A stretch of 64,000 bases of DNA, from positions 17,980,001-18,044,000 of the forward strand of contig CM022676.1 of NCBI GenBank assembly GCA_012295275.1, in the 5' to 3' direction. A program made the translations under genes and the position numbers. Origin of the DNA: Chrysomallon squamiferum (lineage: Eukaryota > Animalia > Mollusca). Below, piece after piece: positions 38,942-53,964 of this stretch (position 1 is the first letter of the stretch; every line of letters starts with the position of its first letter). Below the pieces are notes generated by a model. It was not told the DNA's origin. It ran no database searches and worked only from the letters and a program-made list of their open reading frames with translations.

Positions 38942-40375
38942 TTACTTTCTACACCATGTAAATATTTTTATTTCTCCAGTGAATCGCTGTCCCACGTACA
39001 GTTTGTTGTCATCACAACAGACAGACCGAGGTTTGGACAGCCCATCCTGGTCAGTGAGGATGTCACGTGTTATGTTACCATCTCGTGACAACTGAACAAC
39101 AGAATTTCTGTGAAAATGACAAACAAAAATATTTCCCTCCCTATCACATGTAACACCTGTCAATCCACTCAGTCTGGCTGAATCACGTGACTCCCATTTG
39201 ACGTCACCAGATGACGTCACACAAAATACTTTGTTTTCAGTTTTTCTCTTTGAAACAACAATCAGACATTGATCGTGAACTGTGAGACTGTACGGTCCGG
39301 GGATCAAATCTGTTGAGATAGAATTAATGAGCTGACCAGTGTCCGTCAGTATGTCCAAGTACCGACCAATATATCCCCCAGTGAGTGCGAGACGGTTGCC
39401 AGGTAACACAGCAATAAACTCATATTTTTTATTAGTTTCAACTGTCTTGATCAGTTCGAAGTTTTTCAAATTTAAAAACAATATTTTATATTCATCTGGT
39501 AGAGCAACAACAACAACATCACCCCACTGATCACGTGATTCAGCAAGACCCCATGGTGGACAGGAAGTTTCGTATCTGTTTATCAGTGATTTTCGTTCTA
39601 AACAAAAACATTTTACACAGTCATTGTCCAAATCACTAACAACAATTTTACTTTTGTCCTCACCTGACACCAGAATGGAATACAGACACGGATCATTTTT
39701 ATCTTCTTGTGTTTTTGTGTTAATGGTGTCTGTGTGTTTCAGGGATTTTGTCAGTTTTTTTTATCTCTGTGTCTGTGTGTGGTGTTTCTGTTTCAATGGT
39801 GTCTGTGTGTTTGAGTGTGTCTGTCACTATGTCTATATTTTTGTTTGTTTGGATGTTTGTCGTTATTTCTCCGATGTGCACAGACATATTTTTCTTATCA
39901 GATTTTATGACATTTATTTTTATTTCTGCTTTTCCTATTTGTGAAAGAGATTTGGACAGGAACTCGAAAGTTGTGTTTTGAAGTTTGGTGAATTTTGAAA
40001 TATTTATTTTTATATCTGACTCAGATTTTCTTTGTAACAAATCTCGACCTAGTTTGATCATTTTGTCATTTTCCTCAATCAGATATTATGTTCAGTAAAG
40101 ATTTTATCTATTTCTGAGTTTACAAAGTTCTGAGATGTTTCTATTTCTCCTATTAATCTCTCTTGTTTCTTTTGGACTGCAGCGGTAAAGTCTGTGATTA
40201 GTGTGTTACCAATCCTTCTCACATCCTCTGTAGACTCGATGACGTTGATGTTGACGGCTTCGCGAAGTTCTTTAATTTTATCATCCATCTCTGTCTTGAA
40301 GAATTTCTTTGTAGGATTTGAGACTCTCACAAACAGAACTCAGAATTGAAAAGTGACCTCTCTTTTTAGCTGAAA

Positions 40376-40406
<31 letters not shown>

Positions 40407-40994
40407 ACAGTTAATATATTAGATAATAATAATAATAAGGAGAAGAAGAAGAAGAAGAATTCAAATTGTACTAATAATTATGATAAAGATATGGGTAACA
40501 ATATGAAGAATTTTAGAATATATTTTATCAACTAATTTAAGAATCTGAATATAAATCTTTTTTATGAACAAAATAACGTTCCTTTCTTTATGAGCCTGCT
40601 GCTATGGTTCAAGCAACAGGAAAATATATTTTAGTTAAATGATCGCTGTCTCTTTGTTTAATTGCTTGTTATTATTATAATGAATCTCAACACAACACTG
40701 TGACTCACAAAACTTTGAGTGTAGCCGATCATTAATGGCGTCCTGTAGTGATTTGTTTATAGGGAATTGATCTGCCCACGTATACACTGCTTTCGTGCTG
40801 TCCGGGATGTGAACATGCTGCCTGCAGAACGGGCAGGCGATTTGTGTGTCGTTGTTATCGTAAGTGTGTCTTATATAGTTCTGCAGGCATTTGGAGCAAA
40901 ACGAATGTCCACAGTTTAAAACACGAGGCTTATCGAAAATGTCCATACATAGACAGCATGAAAGATTATCATCGGAGATTGAAGGTGTTACCAT
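38942..40994 (-). pseudogene. Second TRIM-like gene copy, frameshifted as assembled (exons 40994-40709 and 40369-38942)
   Basis: RING exon and splice sites are intact. Exon 2 has +1 A (~40296, giving EILQDRDG*), -1 A (~40086), +1 in an A8 run (~39755-39762) and a 3-bp GTT contraction. Confidence 0.7.
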
Positions 40995-40999
40995 ATCTG

Positions 41000-41054
<55 letters not shown>

Positions 41055-43517
41055 TTTAGAAACAAAATTAAGAACAGCAATTGAAAACAATTGACTGCAG
41101 TAAAAAAGTACACATTAATTCCATTTAATTCGTAACATAACTGTATATACAAATAAATAAATGAAATGATAAATATACAAACTTGCAAACATAGCACTAT
41201 CATATTATAAATATTCTCTGCAAACTATTTATTTGTTTATTTATCTAATTTTGTTTTATTTATAAAATAAAAAAATAAAAAAAACACTCTTTAACTGCAT
41301 TACCAAATTGCTAAATTTAACCTTGTGACGTGACGCTTTATTTGAGAAGGAAAACGACAGTTCTACTGTAAACTGGTGGGAGATAAAACTAATAGAGTAA
41401 CTGAAATCAGCTGTAATAAACTCTATGACTGCTGCAAGGTAGTTTCTCAAACCACTATTCATGATTCAACTCATAAGTGAACAAAAAAGAAACATGACCT
41501 TCAGCGAAATAATGAATTTACTAATGATAATTATAAAGTCACGTTTCAAAAATCTCATAATCAACAAATGAAATTGCAACTGAATGAGAAATTAACACAT
41601 TTGTAATCTGCTGTTAAACGGCTTCATTTATTGTGTTTAAGGACTTACATTTAATAGAAGAAAAGAAATTGTGTCTAGTAATTTGACAGATAGTCTCTTT
41701 TTGATAATTACAACCACGTACGGCCTGTGATAAAGTAATCGTGGAACTGACTTTGACAAGGATAAATGCGACAACCCATCGCCAAACACTACTTTCCTCT
41801 GACCACTGAGCCACACCCTCCACTCTAACAATTATTAAAACACACACAAATTATATACAGACATTTTACTAAGAACACAACCTAAATTACTAAATTTTAT
41901 TTTGAAATATTTTACAGCAACAACAAAACAACAACAACAAATAATAATAACAACAACAACAACAATAATAATAATAATAATAAATAAATACATCAATAAA
42001 TAAGTTTGTAAATAAATAAATATATAAATAATAAGTGTTCATACCTTTGTCTTAAGAAACAAGAAATATAACAGATGCAAAAATATATCCTCTTATTCGT
42101 CTGCAATGCCTGTTTTGCTATTACAGATTTGAGCGCGGAAAAGCGGGTTTTGACAGACGACACTAAGTGGGAGGAAGATACCAACTGAAAAAAGGAAGGG
42201 GTTGAAGCTTTGAAATTTTCTACAACATTTTTGTTTGTTCTGAGAAAAAAATAATTTTGAATGTTTTATAGTTTTGTGGTAAAGTAAATAGCAGTAACAG
42301 TAACAACTACATTAGCATAGTAAGTGCAGTTCATTAATTTTTAAAGCTCTGTTTACAGTTTATCACACCTGTAGTATTAATGGACACAACAAATGATTTG
42401 CAAAAGGACGGAGAAAGATAACATATTTAACCGCCAAAATGTTATCTGCTTTAAATTTGAATATTCAACTGGAGGTATCAGGTCATTTCGTTAGAGATAT
42501 AAATAAATTATAGGAATTGAAAACAGAAATATTTAGTCACCTGCACACAGTAGTAATAAAATAATAATAATAATATATATTCCTTTAGATATATATGTTT
42601 CATTTTATTCTATTTAAAATAAATAAACAAATAAATAAATAAATATATGAGAACTGCGTCGCTGAATAAAACCGTCACAATTTTGTTCTTCGTGTCATAA
42701 GTGAAGCGCGCTCTACAGGTTTGTTGTAGATCAGAGAAAGATAATGTTTTTAATGTCATCATTTTTAAACTTGTATAGTTATACACAGGCGATTGTCGAT
42801 CCTTTTAACAAGATATATAAATAATGAAAAATAAGCAGGGCAAACACATAACTTGTGCTTTTAGTCACGTAGGCATAATAATAATAAAAATAATGGTAAT
42901 AATAATAGTAGTTCCCTGTGTATATTAGATGCCTTCGTTTCGTATGTTAATATATATACATAAAAGATTTATTCAAGAGTACTATAAAGAACACATTCCA
43001 CTCAAGAGGATGATGAAGAGATGATCGGTTTTTTTAGATAAAGAAATAAAGTACATTAGAATTAACCAAATACAGCACAAAACCTACACCTACACTGTCA
43101 CGTTTCTTCATATTTTATGGCAGTGTTAAACGAATTTCGCCATCTAACGTATTATGATATGAATTTAATCCTCTTTTTTTTTCAAATCTAATAATCGACA
43201 GTAAGTACAAATGTCAACATTTCTGAATGTAATTTATGAAATGATACTTTTCTCGCAATCTAACAAATGATAATATAAAAAATAAAATATTTACTGACCG
43301 CTCAGTCTATTCAAACACTAACGTAAAAATAGTAAAATATACAGAGACCCTTTTCATCTATGAAAAATAAACAAAGAAAGTAAGAAACATTTTTACATAG
43401 ACATGTGTGAATGTGTGTGTGTTGTGTGTGTGTGACTGTGTGTGAGAGAGAGCGACAGAGAGATCTCAGTGAGTAAAAGCTATTATTTATTCATTCATTA
43501 TTATTATTATTATTATT

Positions 43518-43579
<62 letters not shown>

Positions 43580-43647
43580 CTGAGTAATAAACTTTCTGGA
43601 ATCGGGTCTTTGTTAGATATCATTAACCGCTACGAATAAAATACTCG

Positions 43648-43709
<62 letters not shown>

Positions 43710-44010
43710 GCATACACACTGGAAACATAAATCCTGTCTTAAACTGATAGACGCACTGGATGATAGAGCATGAACAAAAAATTCAGTTGAAAAGCAGTTT
43801 ACATTCTATTTGTTTGTCGATGCTAAACACACTTGACCCTGATTAGTCACGTTTTGAATACAGGCAGTTACAAGTGTGTCAGAAAATTAATTCAGGTCCA
43901 GACCAAAAGTAGAAAACTAAACATCTAAATGTAATAAAATAAAATAACAACAGTAATTAACAGATATATTATTAGTAGTAGTAATATCATACATTTGGTG
44001 ATAATGATAA

Positions 44011-44066
<56 letters not shown>

Positions 44067-44764
44067 AGAGTAGATGTTGTTCTACTACAATATTTTTATC
44101 TTTTTAAAATTATATAAATGTCGGAAGATAATACAGAAACACATATTAGCAGATGATGTTTATACAGTTAAGATCGACAACTATGTTTATGATTATTATC
44201 AAACATGTATTCTGAATGTCATTTCATTATAAAAATTAAGAATTACAAATGTATGTACACACACACACAGTACACACACAAACACACACACAATAGTAGC
44301 GCACCGCATCTATAATTTAACGCAGGTACGGACCTGATACTGATATGAAACATTTTCCTCTTCTGGCAGAACGACAACAGTCAGCTGATCGCGTGATTCA
44401 GAAAGACCGCGTGACTGACACAGATAAAATGCTTTGTCATCATAAATAAATCCGGTTTAATTTAATTCTGAAAGTCTGGGAATTGACTGTTATACTGGGT
44501 ACAGTGCAACGACATAATTGACTCATTTAATATAATTTAAATATCAAATTTAAAAAATGATAATAAAAGAAGAAGAAAATATACCTTACAATTTAGTCGT
44601 CCTGTGAAGACTAAATTGAATCAGAGATATGTTGTTGTATGTTAATTCAGCTGTTAACAAAATGTAAGTTGCACAAAAAACACAATCCAAACAAAAGAAG
44701 ATCAGATTTTGTAAACTTTATAAAAATAACTTTTTGTCTTCGTTGTGATTATTACTGTAATGTT

Positions 44765-44815
<51 letters not shown>

Positions 44816-45008
44816 GTTGTTGTTGTTGTTGTTGTTGTTGTTTTTTTGTTGTTGTTACTGTTGTTGTCACCGACTAGGACCTGTTTAGAACTCTATCACA
44901 GGGACCAGTAAATTAAAGCTAATTATCATGTTGGAATAATACTACACTTATCCACTAGATAAATAAACAAATAACGCTTTAAGTTTATTAATTTAACAGA
45001 AAAAGAAG

Positions 45009-45056
<48 letters not shown>

Positions 45057-45099
45057 AATACGCTTTTAATAACAGAGATTACACTGCAAAAGTCAGAAA

Positions 45100-45430
45100 A
45101 GTATTTCACCACATCCCGCTATCAAACGCTTATCGCATTTTACAAAGCAAGGTCAAAGGTTAAAGGTCCTCGCCAGTGACCTCCTTGTTCATCAAAAGGA
45201 AACGCTGGGCCGTGCAGAATATCCGCTTGTCGCTTATTCTTCCTCAGACTCGAGTTTTCCTTGCTGACGTCATATGTTAGATTCCCGCAGACGTCAGTGA
45301 AAAGAGCGAGAGAAGTCAGCCCATGCTGACACATTTTAAAACTTTCTTACACAAAACTCGCACAGCTAAATATCTTTACTCTAAAATTTATAAACTAACT
45401 TTAAGAGTCCGTCATCGGCTTTTTTCTCCG
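45100..45430 (-). promoter_or_regulatory. Copy of the CpG/CRE candidate TRIM promoter
   Basis: Reverse complement of 15270-15600; TGACGTCA at 45265-45272 is retained. Confidence 0.45.
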
Positions 45431-46526
45431 TGAGAAGAGTATTATGGATGGTTAAAGAGAAAATTACTTATTTACATATATTGGTAGTTTATTTGCTTAC
45501 TATAACTACTAAAGCGTGTGTGTGTGTTGTGTGTGTACATTTTTATTTTATATAACGAGTATTACGTAACTGAAATTATCTATAGCTAGTATATAGAAGA
45601 AAAATGTATTATTATTATTATTATTGCTGCATAATATTGGTACAAAATACGTTTAGTAATGTAGATAAGAACTGCTATAATCATTATAATCATCAATCCT
45701 GCCATGAACAAAGAAACTCTGTAAAAACAAATCAGGCTTCTCGACATGCTCAGGTTTACTTTTATTGTAATTTTGATGACACTGCTCGAACCTCGTCTTT
45801 CAGAGACAAAGCGGCTTCACGACTAGGCTGATTATTCCGATTTCTGCAGTTTCTTTTTTTTTACGTACATGTTATTAATTTTTATATCGACTGCTTATGA
45901 CTAATCTCTCTCCGTACAATAACTTGTATCTTAAAGACACTCAAGTTCTCATTAATCAGTTCCCATCTCATGAATCTTATCACGTTGTAAGGACTAATTA
46001 ATTAATTAATTAATTTAATTTATTTATTTATTTATTTAAGCCTGGCGTGGTCCCATGAAAATATGTAATTCACCATTGATCAGCCATGTGAGTCAGTTCT
46101 AATGAAAATGCAGACTTCTCTGTCAAGTCTGCTTTATGTTTGCCACGTGTTGCGTTGGTTTACCCTTAACAAAAGATGGGATCGAAAGAATAAATTCAGT
46201 GTGAACTGATATCATACCTTTTCTAGAAACAGATAAATAAATATGAAATTATGATTTTTAAAATTTTAAATGTAACACTAACTTAAGTTGTAAAAATAGT
46301 ATACAGTATATGTTTTCATACACATTTATTGAATTAAAATTAAGAAGTTCCCTTTGCCTATATAATAAAATGAGTACTGAAATTAAGAACTATAATAACT
46401 TTATTTGCAAGCTTTCCTTAACCAGTCCTTATCCTGCCTTTTTATTAGTGTTTAATTTAACTGAGAGAAAATGATTTGGAAAGATAATGTCTTAGATGTC
46501 TCTGTCTCTCTAATGAACGATTTTCA

Positions 46527-46562
<36 letters not shown>

Positions 46563-48319
46563 TTTTTACAAAATGACAAGGAAGGATATATATATATATA
46601 TATACATACATACATATATATATATATATGCTGCCCTGACTTGATTCTCAGACAAGACTGACATTTGGTGAAATGTCTGTAATAACAGCTAAACACTGAA
46701 TTTGTTATTCATTCTTCCCATCCACTTTATCATTAAAAATGAAAATTAATAAAAACATATATATATTTTTAAAATGACAAATTAATATTAATATGTATGT
46801 GTACATTTGTAGAGAAATAAATATTTATAACCATCTATCATACATTTTTAATATAATTACCCATCATAGGAACACCAAATAATAATAAAAAAACCACAAG
46901 AAAAACCCCTGTATAACAACTGTCAGCAATCCGACTTGAATCACTTTAGTTATTTTGTGTAATATGTGTAAAGACTGGTTCCACGGATTGATGTGTAGCA
47001 AACAACAGAAAACACAATAATCCTAAATTAGAAATTTGGAGATAAAAAACATGGTATAAAATGTTTGATAAGCCTTTGCAGAGCTGAGAGTGCTATAAAA
47101 CACAAACATACAAAGGGTTCTGTTTTGTTAATAAAAGTATATTAACAAAATAAAATAACAATATGAAGACATTTGGTTACAAAACAATTTAAATATTAAG
47201 AAACAACCTGACAGATAATGTGATCTGCAAATTATTCATTAAGAAAATGTCTTAATAATATAGCTTACAAACAACATGTCATCTTCCACTTTATGTTTTA
47301 TTAACATACTTTGTTTTGTTTTCTTCATTTTAATCTTTAACAGAAATCTTCATATTCTTTGTTAGTTTATATTTGGATTACGTGGTTAACTTGATTAATC
47401 TTTAAAATAAAAATAAATAAATCAAACAAATAAATAAACAACATTATCTCCCTTGAACCATAAGATTTGCAGCAGTTAAAGGTTTCTAGATTTAGCTCTT
47501 TTTTTTAAATATTTTCTTTTTTCACAGACTTGACTGTACTTGGTGCTGTGTCTGGTACAAACATTCTGTGTACTGGTCTATATTTGATTATATCTGTAAT
47601 AAACAACACGGTGACTTTGAATTTAAATTCAGTATCACAATGTTATAGATTCTTCAATAAGATGAGTCCATGATTCACACAAGTAATGTTTTTAATATGT
47701 TATTTTGGTGTGAAACTTGCTAAAAGCTTTCAATTTTATCCAAGAATTCAGTTCTTAATATTTGTTCTTGAGATGTTTCATTTCTTAGTTCAGGTTGATC
47801 AGGAAACTTGAAGAACATGGAGGTAAACTTGAAAAGTCATTTACAATCAGAGGATTTCATTTTTCACGTGTTTTCTTTCATTCTCAAACCAAGCGCATGA
47901 TAAAAGAATCTGAAGAAAATTTAAAAAAAAAATTAAAACTTGTAATTAAAATGAAATAATATTCTGAGTTGTATAAACTATGTTAATGTTCATTATACAA
48001 TTTGACATGTAAAATGAAGGTTACATATGATGGATTGTGACTTAATTATTTGGCTTTTTTCTGGTCAGCAAGTCTAAGTTTATCCTGTTAAGTAATAAAA
48101 ACAAAGGAAAAAATAGTTTACTCAAAAAATTAAAATTTATCATTGATAATCCATTCATTCATTGGAAACAAAAGCAAATAATTATTTATATGTTAGCTAA
48201 GGTATTGACAGCGGACATCTGACTTTAACACAAGTTTGAATAAACCCAGTTTGAAATATGGATCAAATACTTTTACTATGTAGCATTCACATTTTTGATA
48301 TTAATGTACTAAGTTAACA

Positions 48320-48550
48320 TTTAAAATGTTAACATGTCTGTATGTGTGTATTTCAGTTACTAAATCTAAATGTTAACATGACTGTATGTGTATATTTCAG
48401 TTACTAAATCTAAATGTTAACATGACTGTCTGTGTGTATTTCAGTTACTAAATGTAAATGTTAACATGACTGTATGTGTGTATTTCAATTACTAAATCTA
48501 AATGTTAACATGACTGTCTGTGTGTTTTTCAGTTACTGAATGTAAATGTA
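48320..48550 (-). repeat. 44-bp minisatellite (paralogue of 11495-11660, more units)
   Basis: Repeats of TAACATGACTGTATGTGTGTATTTCAGTTACTAAATCTAAATGT. Confidence 0.9.
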
Positions 48551-49439
48551 AGCTCTATGTAACAAATTCACTCACTTTCTAATCAATGGCTGACTTCTCA
48601 CATCTGACTGGATGTTTCACAGAAAATTCTTTCTCTGTTTTTGTTGTCAGCTCAGAGTAGTAGACTGTCTCCTGGGCTGATCTGACACTGGATTCTGAAA
48701 AACACAAATTATTTATATTAATGACCCTGAAAGAATTTATAAAAAATAAAATAAGACAAAAAACTTCTTTTTTTTCAATAAAGATAATAAAAAAATAATA
48801 CTAATATAATATAAAAATTAACTATGAAGAAACAGTAAACAAATCATATCTGAAAATAATAATAAAAAATAACTATTTGCATATCTATTTATTTATATAT
48901 CCATAGTTAAAGCAAAAACAATATATAAAATAAATAATTTTTAAAAAGTGAATACAACTCTCTTATAATCTGAATGTCTCACCTGAATTTATGTTCATAT
49001 CATGTTCATCTTTTCACACTCAGTGCTTGAAAAACCCACAAGTAATGAATGGTCAATTAATTCTGTTGTGTTAATGAAAACAGCTGAGAAAGTAAACCTG
49101 TTTTCATGTGATCAGAGAAAACATGAACTTTTTTCTCCAGCACTGCTTCAGTACAGTCAATCTTCAGTAATAACACTGAAAACAAAAATAGCATTTTAAA
49201 TATTTATTTCAAATAAATTCCATTTAATTCAAACAAATATTAATAACTATAACAACAACAAAAATAATAAATCAAAAATATATATATATAAAATAAAATC
49301 AATAAAAATAGTTTTAAAAAGCAAAAGCCAACAAAATATATAAATAAGTAGAAAATGTATATAAAAAATTAAATTCATGAGAAAACTCTGAGGTGTATGT
49401 TCTCATGTGTACTGTTAATCTATAAAAAATACAGCAAAT

Positions 49440-49750
49440 GAGCAGCTTACCTGTCAGTTGTGTTGTGTATCATTAACATATTAAAACTGTGAGTAAAAAT
49501 ATTACCACTGACAACTGAGCAGCTTACCTCTCAGTTGTGTTGTGTATCATTAACATATTAAAACTGTGAGTAAAATTATTACCACTGACAACTGAGCAGC
49601 TTACCTCTCAGTTGTGTTGTGTATCATTAACATATTAAAACTGTGAGTAAAAATATTACCACTGACAACTGAGTAGCTCATCTCTCAGTTGTGGTGAGTA
49701 TTATTAACATATTAAAACTGTGAGTAAAAATATTACCACTGACAACTACA
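49440..49750 (-). repeat. 77-bp minisatellite (paralogue of 10225-10610)
   Basis: About 4 units containing CAGCTTACCTCTCAGTTGTGTTGTGTATCATTAACATATTAAAACTGTGAG. Confidence 0.9.
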
Positions 49751-50439
49751 GCTGCTGAACTTTGTTTGTGGACTTGAATGTGCTGGAAGGAACCCACCAG
49801 AACACAGCAACATCTCTGGGGATAGATTCAAGCTGGGTTCTGTCTGTGATTGGAATTTAGAGCTGACATCAAATCAAACATTCCTGAAACAGACTTGATC
49901 ACAGTTTCAATAACTCCATTATAAACCAGTTCCTTTCAAGAATCCCTGTAATAAATCAAAATCTTTTTGATTAAATGTCATTAACCGTTATTAACTCTAC
50001 AACAAAAACTAAAAAATGATTATAAAATAAAATAAAATACAAAAATATATTAAACATTAATAAACAGTATTTTCACCCGTATGAATATAGTTTTCCTGCT
50101 GTGTGAATTAATAAAATTATTACTATAATAGTTTATTTTAATCTAAAACCTAAAGTCTCAGAAAAATAATTAACTAAACATAAAACAAATAAAAAAGTAA
50201 ATAAAATAAATTAATTGGAATTTTTTTGTTTTATTTATACTGTAATACAGTTTGATATTAGGTGTAATATAATAACTGAAGATATGAAACATTTTATAGA
50301 ATATATATTAATGAAAACAAACTTCAAGACTAATCTGTTAGTGTATTAAGAAAGAGAACTATGATTAGTAAAGAAACAATGCACATATTTTGTTTCTTCT
50401 AAACACTAACAACTTTAACTAGGTGCTTCCAAATGTTAC

Positions 50440-50690
50440 ACTACTGTTACCACAATATTCTTTGTGTGACCAATATGCTGAATCTTCCTCCGCAGATCTT
50501 GTGCACTGCTGAAAAAACATCTCCTTGAACGCTTTCATTGCTGCACTGGAGACATCTTTCTCAAAGTCAGTCTAGATAATCTGTGGCTTCAGGTTGAAGT
50601 GTTTTTCTGCTTCAATCTTCAACAGCTGAAAGACATACGAAAACAAGAGGGTATGTGATATCCTGGAATTCTGCACGAAGAGTGTAAAAC
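50440..50690 (-). mobile_element. MULE transposase fragment, paralogue of 9270-9530
   Basis: Minus strand encodes ...AEFQDITYPLV.../PQII*TDFEKDVSSAAMKAF/..LRRKIQHIG. Confidence 0.8.
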
Positions 50691-51042
50691 CAGTGTTTCA
50701 TATCACAGACTCTTAACACCTGCTGCAATGAGACCTGATGAATTACCTCCCTTCTTCCTAGTCCAGCTGTCTGAGAGTACTGGTCTCCATGGAGATTGTA
50801 CCTGTCAAATACAGAACTGCTACCTGTACAAGATGGTCATAATCTTGAAATATGTTACAATTTATTAATTTCATCAAACAAATGAAAAATATAAATAAAG
50901 AAAAAACAATAAATGAATAAAGAAGAAAAAAAGAGCAATAATAGTAAAAACAAGAAGAAATATTATGCTAATATTAATGTATGATAGTTTCTTTGATTTT
51001 GCTTCTGGAAAATACTGCATCAATTACTACAACAAGTTAACA

Positions 51043-51242
51043 NNNNNNNNNNNNNNNNNNNNNNNNNNNNNNNNNNNNNNNNNNNNNNNNNNNNNNNNNN
51101 NNNNNNNNNNNNNNNNNNNNNNNNNNNNNNNNNNNNNNNNNNNNNNNNNNNNNNNNNNNNNNNNNNNNNNNNNNNNNNNNNNNNNNNNNNNNNNNNNNNN
51201 NNNNNNNNNNNNNNNNNNNNNNNNNNNNNNNNNNNNNNNNNN
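51043..51242. other. Assembly gap (200 N)
   Basis: Run of exactly 200 N. Confidence 1.
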
Positions 51243-51548
51243 CTCTCTCTCTCTCTCTTTACTAAAAGCTACTGCAACATATTTAATAAATATTGAATTT
51301 AATTTTGTAAAGTTAATTTATTATTTACTTATCAGTATTATTAAAGTATTTATAGTAAGGTGATAGGATTTATTTAGTAACATTATGTGACAACTGCTTA
51401 CATTTTAAAATATTTAATTCTGTCAGTTGTACAGAGTAATAATGTTCTGAAATCATAAAGGTTAATTATAATTATAATTTTACTTGAGCTGATCCAACAT
51501 TTTCCATGTCTTTTATCTCGCATACCAACATTCTTAAACAATCCTCCC

Positions 51549-51582
<34 letters not shown>

Positions 51583-51627
51583 AGAATAATATTAATCTAA
51601 TAAACATAATAATAAAGACAAACTTAC

Positions 51628-52474
51628 AATAGTTTTGGGAGGTTGTTCCTTTCCATGATGTTTTGGTACAGAACTTTGTCCAGTCTATGTTCATTTCAGT
51701 TTCCTTATTTCAGAACTTACAGATGTTAAACCAGGATGAAATAGCAAAAAGTTCTGCTATAAAGGCTGTAAATAAATAAGAATAAAAATGAATATTTAAT
51801 AATATCTCTGTACTTTTTTGATATTACTGGTTATCATGATTCATATATGTAGAATGATTACAATTACAGAGAACCTTTAATGTCATGTTCAGTTCTCCAA
51901 AACATTAATATTTCTTAAGTATAAAACTAAATTTATGAATAGAAATTGCACAAAGAGAAATTCCTCTATGAAAGTTCTTCATTGGCAATTAAAGGATGTT
52001 TTATATGCAACATGAGAAATCATGAATGAACATAGCATATAATAATATTTATTCAAATAATATATATATAATGATGATGATGATAATAATAACAATAATA
52101 ATAAAAAAAAAAAAAAAATAATAATAGATGAACAAGAAGATGCAAAAAAACAACATTAATAATAAGCTGATTAAAAATGTTTTGATTTTTTTTTTTCCAT
52201 TAAGTTCATAACACTGACCTGAATCCTACAACAATTTAGTTTATAATAATAAATACTGTGAAAATAACAACAACAACAGTAAACTGAATGAAAATTCCTC
52301 ATTCTTTGACTTTAACACTCATACAAGAATATTATTGGTTCTTCACAAATTTTTAAACACTTACCTTTAACGAGTTAAGTCCTTGATTAACAGTGACAAA
52401 TTTAACTGTTTGGCTACAGGTGTTTGTGTAAGAACAGAACATCCCCAAGTCATCACTGCAGGAAAGAGTTTCAT
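51628..52474 (-). pseudogene. MARS1: 5' exons of a second MARS1 pseudogene copy (GST-like N-terminal region), cut off by the gap
   Basis: Homologous to 1190-1585 but ~0.9 kb longer. Exon 52474-52365 reads MKLFPAVMTWGCSVL (cf. human MRLFVSDGVPGCLPVL). Exon 51765-51628 reads AFIAELFAISSWFNI (cf. AYLPEELSALHSWFQTL). Both have GTAAGT donors. Confidence 0.55.
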
Positions 52475-52880
52475 ATCCTCTATAGAGAAAAATAAATTTA
52501 AAATTAATTAAATATTTAAATACATAGTGTGTCATAAGATATTTTAATCATTATACAAATATAATGGGACAAACAAATCAAAATAAAACAATTCAGATGA
52601 TATCTGTAACATAATAAGAGAAAATATGAAAATTATTAATATATACTTAAAAAGAATAAAAACAAAATGAAAACAAAAGTACTGTAGATGATATCAGTAA
52701 CTGATTATGAATAAAACTATAAATGGTATTGGTAATCAAAAACATAAAAAGATAAATAGATAAATTTATAAATAAATACATAAGATTAAAGCACATCCAT
52801 TAATATGGTATCAGTCTGTTAATTAATATTGATACAACATTCAATTAATTATTTTCATTTTCTGTGTGTGTGTGTCTGTA

Positions 52881-52926
<46 letters not shown>

Positions 52927-53422
52927 CAAATGTGGAAGTACTGATTTCAGTTCAGACAGTGATATAAAATATCATTATGTTTCCATGTTATCTCAAAACC
53001 TATAATAATACCACAAGTAGGATCGATTTTTAAAAATAACATTCAATAGTATACATGCAGGTAGTAGGTACATATATTAGTGTGTATGTTATACATATGA
53101 TATATAATTATATTTACATGATGATGTGTATGTGAGTTAACTAACCCTGCAGGTTTAAAGTGATGATCACTGGCATGCCGAAATAAATATAAATCAGATT
53201 AAATAAACACATAAATAAACAGAGACATTTTTTAAATACATGTGTTTATACACACAAATAATGGCTGCGTATACTGACATACATTATCACTGAAGTCTGC
53301 TGTATTTGTCACAGTAGTATGAAGCAGGATGTATACGGTTGTAATGACCTCAGCTGACATCATAACTCCGCCCCCAAAAGGGAGGTAACTCTATCAGTGC
53401 TCGGTTTGACAAGCTTAAAACA

Positions 53423-53691
53423 ATGGCGGACGAATCGCTTACACAATCTGCTGGTGAATTTCTCTCTGGATTATTTAAGAGATACCACTATATCTTTGAA
53501 AAGCTGTCAGTGAGGATTCAGGTAGTTTAGTGAAGATTACATTGTTAACATGCTTTGGAATGATGACGGCACCAGTTTTACGTCAGTTAAATCGGACCGG
53601 TCGTTGAAAGAAAAAGCGAAAAACCTCATGGGATCCACGTGTATATGAGCCCGACGGTGATATCTTGTGTTCATTGTTTTTGTCTGGCAGG
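53423..53691 (+). pseudogene. Disabled SWIM-type first exon, third copy
   Basis: With indels corrected: MADESLTQSAGEF-LDYLRDTTISLKSCQ*GFR*FSEDYIVN...DRSL-KSEKPHGIHVYMSPTVISCVHCFCLAG|gtaagt. Confidence 0.55.
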
Positions 53692-53929
53692 GTAAGTAAG
53701 AACATAATTAATGATTTTATTTACATTTGGGAGTTTTCAGAAGTGGATGTAGACATTTCAAAATAAGTAGCTGGCAAGCTTTTACAACCAAAATGTTTAA
53801 GTTTGATGATAAAAGTTGGATAAGAAGTATGGGCATTGGTTTACTGACTGTTACTGTTAGTGTTAGTCAACTATTCCATAAAGGATTATAAAACTTCAAG
53901 TCTGAATTATTCATTGATTACATCTGGAA

Positions 53930-53964
<35 letters not shown>

